A DNA stretch of 32,000 nt from an uncultured Opitutales bacterium. GTDB lineage: Bacteria; Verrucomicrobiota; Verrucomicrobiia; Opitutales; Intestinicryptomonadaceae. This document shows, piece after piece, positions 26,381 through 32,000 of the stretch. Location: assembly GCA_934613415.1 (NCBI GenBank), contig CAKTSY010000001.1, positions 240,001 to 272,000 of the forward strand, read 5' to 3'. Within the stretch, counting starts at the first letter, position 1, and each line of letters begins with the position of its first letter. Position numbers and translations under genes: made by a program. The notes under the pieces are model-generated. The model was not told the DNA's origin, searched no databases, and was given only the letters and a program-made list of their open reading frames with translations.

Positions 26381-27094
26381 TTAGCATACCAAAGTGCCTA
26401 TCTGCTCGCCGCAAACGGCCTTTTTTATGTTGCCGTATTTGTTCATATCGAATACCAAAATGGGGATTTTAGTATCTTGGCACATCGAAAACGCGGTTGA
26501 ATCCATAACCGCCAAACGCTTGTTTATGGCGTCTTGGTAGGTAAGTTTGTCGAACTTTACGGCATCGGGATATTTTACGGGGTCTTTGTCGTAAATGCCG
26601 TCTACTTTGGTTGCCTTAAAAATGCAGTCGGCCTGAACTTCGGCGGCGCGCAAGGCGGCAGTTGTATCGGTCGAAAAATAGGGGTTTCCCGTGCCCGCTG
26701 CAAAAATAACAATTCTGCCCTTTTCCAAGTGCCTTATGGCCCTTCTTACGATAAAGGGTTCTGCAACCTTTTCCATGGGTATTGCGGTTTGCACCCTAAC
26801 TTCAACGCCCTCGTTTTCAAGCGCGTTCATAAGCCCCAAACCATTTATAACGGTGGCAAGCATGCCCATATAGTCGCCAGTAGTTCTATCGACACCCCTT
26901 TTAGAGGCGCTTAGCCCCCTAAAGATATTGCCGCCGCCTACAACTAGGCATATCTGCACGCCCATTTCGCTTACTTCTTTTAGCTCTTTGGCCAAGTTTT
27001 TTAAAATTACCGGACAAAGCGCATCGCCCTTTTCAACGTCTTTTAGGGCTTCGCCGCTTATTTTCAAAACAATTCTCTTAAATTTGGCATTCAT
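26381..27094 (-). CDS. pyrH: UMP kinase
   Basis: [66 protein letters not shown]. Confidence 0.95.
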   Translation of the reverse strand: MNAKFKRIVLKISGEALKDVEKGDALCPVILKNLAKELKEVSEMGVQICLVVGGGNIFRGLSASKRGVDRTTGDYMGMLATVINGLGLMNALENEGVEVRVQTAIPMEKVAEPFIVRRAIRHLEKGRIVIFAAGTGNPYFSTDTTAALRAAEVQADCIFKATKVDGIYDKDPVKYPDAVKFDKLTYQDAINKRLAVMDSTAFSMCQDTKIPILVFDMNKYGNIKKAVCGEQIGTLVC

Positions 27095-27126
27095 AAATTG
27101 CTAAAAAGTATCCCACATTTCGGGCA

Positions 27127-29928
27127 TTATTCAACCTTTTTTTGCTTGGGAAAAATTCTAACCTTATAGGGTTTTGCAATTATCGAATCTGCCGCGTTTT
27201 GAACGTCGTTTAGCGATACTAACTTATAGCCGCTTAGCACGGTTTTTGCCCACTGCGTTTTTTCGGGGAACGCCTGCGAATACGACACTACCGAATCCAG
27301 CCAATAGGCGTTGCTTCGGCGCATTTTTTCTATCTGTTTTATAAGCGGCTTTTTTGCCCTGTCGAATTCGTCTTGGGTTATTTTTTGCGTTTTAAGGCTT
27401 TCGGCACATTCAAGCAGCAAACTTTCAACCTTGTCGGCATAAGACTTTTCTACAACGCTTGCCTCTATCAATATGCCGAAATTGTAGGTGCGTTCGGAAT
27501 TGTTGAAAGCAAAGGGGCTATATACCAACCCAGACTGCTCCCTTATTTTAATTCGCATTCTGTCGTCTAACACGCTGGCAAGCAGGTTCGCAGCCCTTGC
27601 CTTGTCTATGTCGCGCATGGGGCAGCTTTTCCATACCAAAGCCGAAATGCCCTTTGGCAGCTTCGAATTAAAATCTATCTGCACTACTTTTTCGGGGTTT
27701 GCCAGGTTAACCTCGTACATTTTTTCGGTTGCGTTGCAGCTTTCGCTTCGCTTTTCAAGCGTTCCAAAAACTTCGCCAAGCATTTCCAATGCAGAATCGT
27801 CGAAATCGCCTACAATCGAAATTTCGGCATAGGACTTTTGCAGCAATTCTTTAAAGAAGTTTTCAACGTCTTTTTCGTTTATAGACATCAACAAATCTTC
27901 GGGAGGAAATCCGAAACGCGCATCGCCCGCGCAAATGCGTTTCATTGTTTTCGACTGGAATGCCCCTTCTGGGGTTGTGTCGAACTTAATGTAGTTTTCC
28001 TTCACCGTCTTTTTTATGCGGCTTAGCGCGTTTTTACGGAAGGCCGCATTTGTAATATAAGCCCTTATAAGCAACAACTGGCTTTTTAAATCTCTTTTCG
28101 AGCAAACGGCGTTTAGCGAAAAACAGTCGTTGTCGGCGACAAATTCAAGCGACATAGTTTTGCCCGAGAATATCGAAAAAATATCCTCGTAAGTGTGCGC
28201 GGTTAAACCGCCCTGAACGATTAAATCGCCCAATTTTGCAATTGCCGCTGTCTTTTCGTTTGCAATGCCCATACGCCCGTTGCCGAACGAGAATTTAACC
28301 GCAACGGTATCGGCGGCAAATTCAGTTTTTTTAAGGTTTGCGCGAACATTGTTTGCAAACTTTACCTGCAGCAAGTCAAGCTCGGCAATTTTGTTTTTTT
28401 CTACAATTTCGTATTTGCCCGAAATATTCGAATATGCAAATTCCTGCGTTTTAATTTCGGCATTTTTTGCAACCTGCATATTTGCCGCGCTTTTAACTTC
28501 GGTTGATATGTCGAATGCGCATGGAACCGCATCGCTTACAAACACAACAAATTTTGAATCTGCAAATTGGCTTTTAAACAAATTAAAAACCTCTTTTGCG
28601 GTTGTTTTTGCATACAAATTCTTAGCCGCCAAATAGTCGCTTTCGGGCGAAGTTATAACGTTTTGCTTTGAAATTCGACCAGCCAAATCGTTTGCAATTT
28701 CGTTCGTTTTTTTTGTGAGCTTTGTTTTTACAAGCTGCTCGTAATTATTTAGATAGTAGGCTTTTGCCTCGTTTATTTCGCTTTCGTCGAACCCGAATTT
28801 CAACGCCTTTGCCAATTCCTGCAAAGGCAGCAAAAACGCATTTTTAGTGAGGTTTTTAGGGGCAGTAATATCTAGGCAGGCAACGTCTACGGCGTCGAAC
28901 AAGTCCATAGAATAGGCGTCTCCCGCCGTAAAGGGCGAATTTTCTTCGCCAGAAAGCCTTTCTAGCCTGCGGCTAAGCGCATAGTTTGCAAGGCTTAGCA
29001 CGGCAAAATATTCCCTTTTTTGCAAAGAGTCGCCCGCAAATTTGGCGGGTTTAACCGACATAAGTTTTACCGACGAATTTTTAAGCTCTTTGTTTGTATA
29101 TACATCTACAATAGCCCTTTCAAAAAGCTCTTTATAGTTGCAGCTTGCCTTTGCAAAATTATAGTTTTCTGAAACTGTTGGGCGCACAAAGCCCCTTGCC
29201 TTTTCGCCACCCAAATACTCTTTTGCCAAGGCTTTTACATAGTCAAAATCAAAGTCGCCTACAACTAGCAACGCCATATTTTCGGGCGAATAGTTTTCGT
29301 TATAAAACTTTACAAAAGTTTCGCGCGGGGCATTTTTTATAACGTTTTCGTCGCCAATTGGCAGGCGTTTAGAATAAACGCTGTCGGGCCCGAAAATCGC
29401 ATTCCAGTAGGCGCAAAATTCCAGATACGAAGCCGATTCTCTTGCCGTCTTTTCCGCCAAAATAACGCCTCGTTCCGAATTTATCTGCTCTAAGGGCAAA
29501 AGCATATGGTAGGCGTAGTCGCCCATAAGAACAATGCCGTCTTTTATATGGGTTTTGTCGGCGTCGGGAATGTCTATTTTATATACGGTTTCCTCGAAAG
29601 ACGTATGCGCGTTTGTGTCGGCACCAAAAGCCATACCTATGCGCTGGAAATACTCTACCATTTCGCCTGCCTTAAAGTGCTTTGTGCCGTTAAACGCCAT
29701 ATGCTCTAAGAAGTGGGCAATGCCGCTTTCTTGGGCACTTTCGTTTGCCGAGCCCCTTCTTACAACAAGCCTCATCGAAACCCTGTCGGGCGGCTCGGAA
29801 TTTTTAAACATATAAAGCTTAAAGCCGTTTTCGAATGTCGTTTCGCACAACCTGTTGTCGGCCTGCAACCCATTTGCATAACCCGATATATTCATAAGCA
29901 TAAAAAATAGAATTATAATTTTTTTCAT
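27127..29928 (-). CDS. Secreted M16 (pitrilysin/insulinase) family zinc peptidase, double-module
   Basis: HxxEH zinc motif in GIAHFLEHMAFNGT. About 930 aa, the size of a tandem M16 active plus inactive module pair. Start set at ATG 29928 (MKKIIILFFMLMNISGYA signal peptide). The longer ORF-track start would overlap the upstream methyltransferase gene. Confidence 0.88.
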   Translation of the reverse strand: MKKIIILFFMLMNISGYANGLQADNRLCETTFENGFKLYMFKNSEPPDRVSMRLVVRRGSANESAQESGIAHFLEHMAFNGTKHFKAGEMVEYFQRIGMAFGADTNAHTSFEETVYKIDIPDADKTHIKDGIVLMGDYAYHMLLPLEQINSERGVILAEKTARESASYLEFCAYWNAIFGPDSVYSKRLPIGDENVIKNAPRETFVKFYNENYSPENMALLVVGDFDFDYVKALAKEYLGGEKARGFVRPTVSENYNFAKASCNYKELFERAIVDVYTNKELKNSSVKLMSVKPAKFAGDSLQKREYFAVLSLANYALSRRLERLSGEENSPFTAGDAYSMDLFDAVDVACLDITAPKNLTKNAFLLPLQELAKALKFGFDESEINEAKAYYLNNYEQLVKTKLTKKTNEIANDLAGRISKQNVITSPESDYLAAKNLYAKTTAKEVFNLFKSQFADSKFVVFVSDAVPCAFDISTEVKSAANMQVAKNAEIKTQEFAYSNISGKYEIVEKNKIAELDLLQVKFANNVRANLKKTEFAADTVAVKFSFGNGRMGIANEKTAAIAKLGDLIVQGGLTAHTYEDIFSIFSGKTMSLEFVADNDCFSLNAVCSKRDLKSQLLLIRAYITNAAFRKNALSRIKKTVKENYIKFDTTPEGAFQSKTMKRICAGDARFGFPPEDLLMSINEKDVENFFKELLQKSYAEISIVGDFDDSALEMLGEVFGTLEKRSESCNATEKMYEVNLANPEKVVQIDFNSKLPKGISALVWKSCPMRDIDKARAANLLASVLDDRMRIKIREQSGLVYSPFAFNNSERTYNFGILIEASVVEKSYADKVESLLLECAESLKTQKITQDEFDRAKKPLIKQIEKMRRSNAYWLDSVVSYSQAFPEKTQWAKTVLSGYKLVSLNDVQNAADSIIAKPYKVRIFPKQKKVE

Positions 29929-29938
29929 AATATGTCCC

Positions 29939-30673
29939 TTATTTTTTGAATACCCAAAAGCGGCAGTCGTCGGAAAATTCGCGCACGGCCGCGTTTTCGT
30001 TGGCAATGCTGCTTCTCCAATCGGAAAACACCTCGCTAAAGCCAGCGTCTTTAAGCGTGCTTCTTACCTCGCCTTCCATGGGAGAGTGTATAAAAAGTTC
30101 GCCGTGGTCGCTTCTATAACATATATCGCCGTATTCGTCCAATTTGGGATTGTTATTTGCGTTTTGCCACAATTTTTTTTCGTTCTCCCAATATTTTTCG
30201 TTGCGTTTTGCGCTGCGCGAGTGCGTTGTAAAAATAAAATAGCCGTCTTTTTTTAGAACTCTAAAAATCTCTTTTGCGCAAATAAGCCTGCGACTTTGCA
30301 GGGGAATTTGCATAAACCCGTTAAAGCAAAACAAAACGCCGTCGTAAAAACAGCTTTTGCGCTGCGACAAATCGGTTGCGTCTTCTACCGAAAGGGGCAA
30401 GTTTACGCGTTTAAATTCGGCTATTGCTTTTGCGCATTCTACCATTTTTGACGAAAAGTCGCTTGCCGACAAATTTTTGTAGCCCAAAAGCGCAAGGTTT
30501 ATACCCACGCGCGCCGCGCCGCACCCCAACTCTAATATTTGCGCCGTTTTGGGCAGATATTTTTCTATTATAATTTTCTCGGAATTCCAAAGACCAACTC
30601 TGTCTACCGCAAAGGCATATTCGTCGGCAACTTCGGGAATTTCAAAATATTTTCTTACGTCGTCGGGATTCAT
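29939..30673 (-). CDS. Class I SAM-dependent methyltransferase
   Basis: Motif I ILELGCGAARVG, followed by acidic post-I SASDF and motif-III-like LKKDGYFIF. Substrate unknown. Confidence 0.8.
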   Translation of the reverse strand: MNPDDVRKYFEIPEVADEYAFAVDRVGLWNSEKIIIEKYLPKTAQILELGCGAARVGINLALLGYKNLSASDFSSKMVECAKAIAEFKRVNLPLSVEDATDLSQRKSCFYDGVLFCFNGFMQIPLQSRRLICAKEIFRVLKKDGYFIFTTHSRSAKRNEKYWENEKKLWQNANNNPKLDEYGDICYRSDHGELFIHSPMEGEVRSTLKDAGFSEVFSDWRSSIANENAAVREFSDDCRFWVFKK

Positions 30674-30678
30674 GAAAA

Positions 30679-31470
30679 CTAGACAAGCAAAAGTTTTTCA
30701 AGCAAAGTGTTAAACTTTTTAGAAAGCGGGGCTAAAACCTCTATTGCGCCAAATTTAGACTTTTCCGAAAACGATATTTTTGCCGAGTGTATTGCTATGA
30801 AAGGATACAAAGGCCTTTCTTCGTCGAACTTTTTGTAGCCCTTTTTTAGAGACGAAAGTTTTACAAATGGCGTTTGCGAATACAACGGGTCGCCCAAAAT
30901 TTTAAGGCCGCCGGCACTGGCGTGCAAACGTATTTGGTGCCTGCGCAAATATGTGGTTTTTGCGCTCCAAAGCTGGAATTGCCCGTTTTCTTTTACGGGC
31001 GCAAACTGCGTTGTGCACTTTTTGCCGAAATTGTGGGTTATAACCGCCTTTTCCTTCTTGTAGGGGGTAAGAATTGGCAAATCTACCTCGAAAGACTCGA
31101 ACGCGCGTTCCGACTTTTTGCAAACAAGCAAAAATTCGAATGTAAAGAGGTGCGAACCGCACTCGTTTTTAAGCAAAGACGCCGCCTCTTTATTGCAGGC
31201 AATAATGCACGCGCCCGAAACATCGCTTGATATAAGCGAAGATGCCGTCGGCAACTGCATTTTAAGGAATTCCAACTCGGGCTTTTGCAGATTTTCCCTT
31301 AGGCTGGTAATTACCGAGCCGAACTCGCGCGAAGCGGGCGTATCGAAATCTACCCCTGCGGGTTTGTTTAAAACAAAAAATTCGCCCTCTTTATGGAACA
31401 ATATTTCAGTTCTTAGGGCATTTTCGCAAAGCTCGCCGCTTTTAAAACCTATTTGTGGTAAAGTTTGCAT
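30679..31470 (-). CDS. RluA-family pseudouridine synthase-like protein (non-canonical catalytic motif)
   Basis: FFVLNKPAGV (motif I) and RRHQIRLHASAGGLKILGDPLY (motif III) match the RluA family. The expected HRLDxxTSG is replaced by LISSDVSG. Start set at ATG 31470, because the rpsT terminator hairpin (31476-31506) lies inside the longer ORF-track version. Confidence 0.7.
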   Translation of the reverse strand: MQTLPQIGFKSGELCENALRTEILFHKEGEFFVLNKPAGVDFDTPASREFGSVITSLRENLQKPELEFLKMQLPTASSLISSDVSGACIIACNKEAASLLKNECGSHLFTFEFLLVCKKSERAFESFEVDLPILTPYKKEKAVITHNFGKKCTTQFAPVKENGQFQLWSAKTTYLRRHQIRLHASAGGLKILGDPLYSQTPFVKLSSLKKGYKKFDEERPLYPFIAIHSAKISFSEKSKFGAIEVLAPLSKKFNTLLEKLLLV

Positions 31471-31475
31471 ACAAC

Positions 31476-31506
31476 AAAAAAGACCTTGTCCTAAAAAGGC
31501 AAGGCC
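31476..31506 (-). terminator. Rho-independent terminator of rpsT
   Basis: Minus strand reads GGCCTTG-(11-nt loop)-CAAGGTC-TTTTTT: a 7-bp stem with one G-U. Arms are at 31500-31506 and 31482-31488, with the T6 as the complement of A6 at 31476-31481. It begins 28 nt after the rpsT stop. Confidence 0.55.
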
Positions 31507-31533
31507 TGCAAACAAAATATTGCGTAAAAAAGC

Positions 31534-31788
31534 TTAGGCCTTTTTGTTGATCGCCTTAGCCAAGTTGCTCTTGATTTTGTTGGCTCTGTTCTTGGAGAGC
31601 TTGTTTGTTTTTACGGCCTTGTCTAAAGCCGAAGCCAAGTTGGCGGCGTTTTTCTTTAACGATTCTTTGTCGGCCGACTGCTTGGATGCTTTAACAAGAG
31701 TCTTTAGGCGGCTCTTGGCCTTGCGGTTAGCCTCTGTACGGGTCGCCGTACGGCGGATATCTTTTTCTGATGATTTGTTATTAGCCAT
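31534..31788 (-). CDS. rpsT: 30S ribosomal protein S20
   Basis: 84 aa, highly basic and alanine-rich. MANNKSSEKDIRRTATRTEANRKAKSRLKTLVK matches the S20 N-terminal pattern. Confidence 0.9.
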   Translation of the reverse strand: MANNKSSEKDIRRTATRTEANRKAKSRLKTLVKASKQSADKESLKKNAANLASALDKAVKTNKLSKNRANKIKSNLAKAINKKA

Positions 31789-31887
31789 TGCTGTATATCT
31801 TTCTTAAAAAATTTAAATGTTGATAAAAGCATATATGTCAGTGTTTGTAAAGCACTATTTTCTAGCTTTGTTAAGCTAAAAAGCAAA

Positions 31888-31912
31888 AGAAGGCGCAGTT
31901 TATACGCCCTCT
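31888..31912 (-). terminator. Possible terminator hairpin after the edge-truncated minus-strand ORF
   Basis: agaaggcg (31888-31895) / cgccctct (31905-31912): 8 bp with one mismatch and a 9-nt loop. T-rich sequence follows on the minus strand (complement of aagcaaaa). Confidence 0.35.
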
Positions 31913-31928
31913 TTTTGCATTGTGGCAA

Positions 31929-32000
31929 CTACAGGTCGCTTTTGGGCTTTACAACAAACGAATATTTCGAGTTGTATTCGGGGTGGTTTTCAACCTCCAA
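31929..32000 (-). CDS. 3' end of an unidentified CDS running off the right edge
   Basis: The minus-strand frame is open for all 23 sense codons to the window edge (...LEVENHPEYNSKYSFVVKPKSDL*), with the stop as the complement of cta at 31929-31931. It is too short to identify. Confidence 0.3.
   Translation of the reverse strand: MEVENHPEYNSKYSFVVKPKSDL

Noticed and set aside
29929-30006. 26-codon N-terminal extension of the M16 peptidase ORF. Analogous extensions exist for trpS (20575-20616), hflX (19233-19271), rpmI (11379-11402) and the RluA-like gene (31471-31515).
   Set aside because: The extensions overlap the upstream gene or a terminator hairpin, or begin at TTG. The downstream ATGs give canonical N-termini (signal peptide, family-typical starts).

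Overview
The window looks like a chromosomal segment of a diderm bacterium with moderate GC; I cannot assign a phylum from sequence alone. It is densely coding and mostly core housekeeping. I saw no rRNA, tRNA, CRISPR array, transposase, integrase or long repeat.

Gene order, left to right:
- A 5'-partial beta-helix protein on the + strand.
- A 9.7-kb co-directional minus-strand string (11300 down to 1584): exported hypothetical protein, M42 peptidase, hemD, large lipoprotein with a glycoside-hydrolase-like core, gspG-H-I-J-K pseudopilin cassette, pilT-type ATPase.
- rpmI-rplT (+).
- holA, Sel1-repeat protein, acpP, fabF, valS (-).
- hflX, trpS, a coiled-coil/acidic membrane protein, hisF (+).
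- rpsT, RluA-like protein, SAM methyltransferase, M16 peptidase, pyrH, frr, proB, SufT-like protein (-).

The only accessory-looking part is the left third. It holds a pseudopilin cassette detached from any gspD/E/F, ending in a PilT-family retraction ATPase. All four of its prepilin leaders have Ala rather than Gly at the -1 cleavage position. A lipoprotein hydrolase-like gene sits immediately upstream as candidate cargo.

Other, weaker oddities:
- A membrane/coiled-coil/acidic protein translationally coupled to an isolated hisF.
- An RluA-family gene with a non-canonical catalytic motif.
- A 9-mer (CTTTACAAA) shared upstream of rpmI, acpP and rpsT.
- A palindrome with flanking direct repeats in the acpP leader.

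All functional calls rest on motifs read by eye from the supplied translations. No database search was run.
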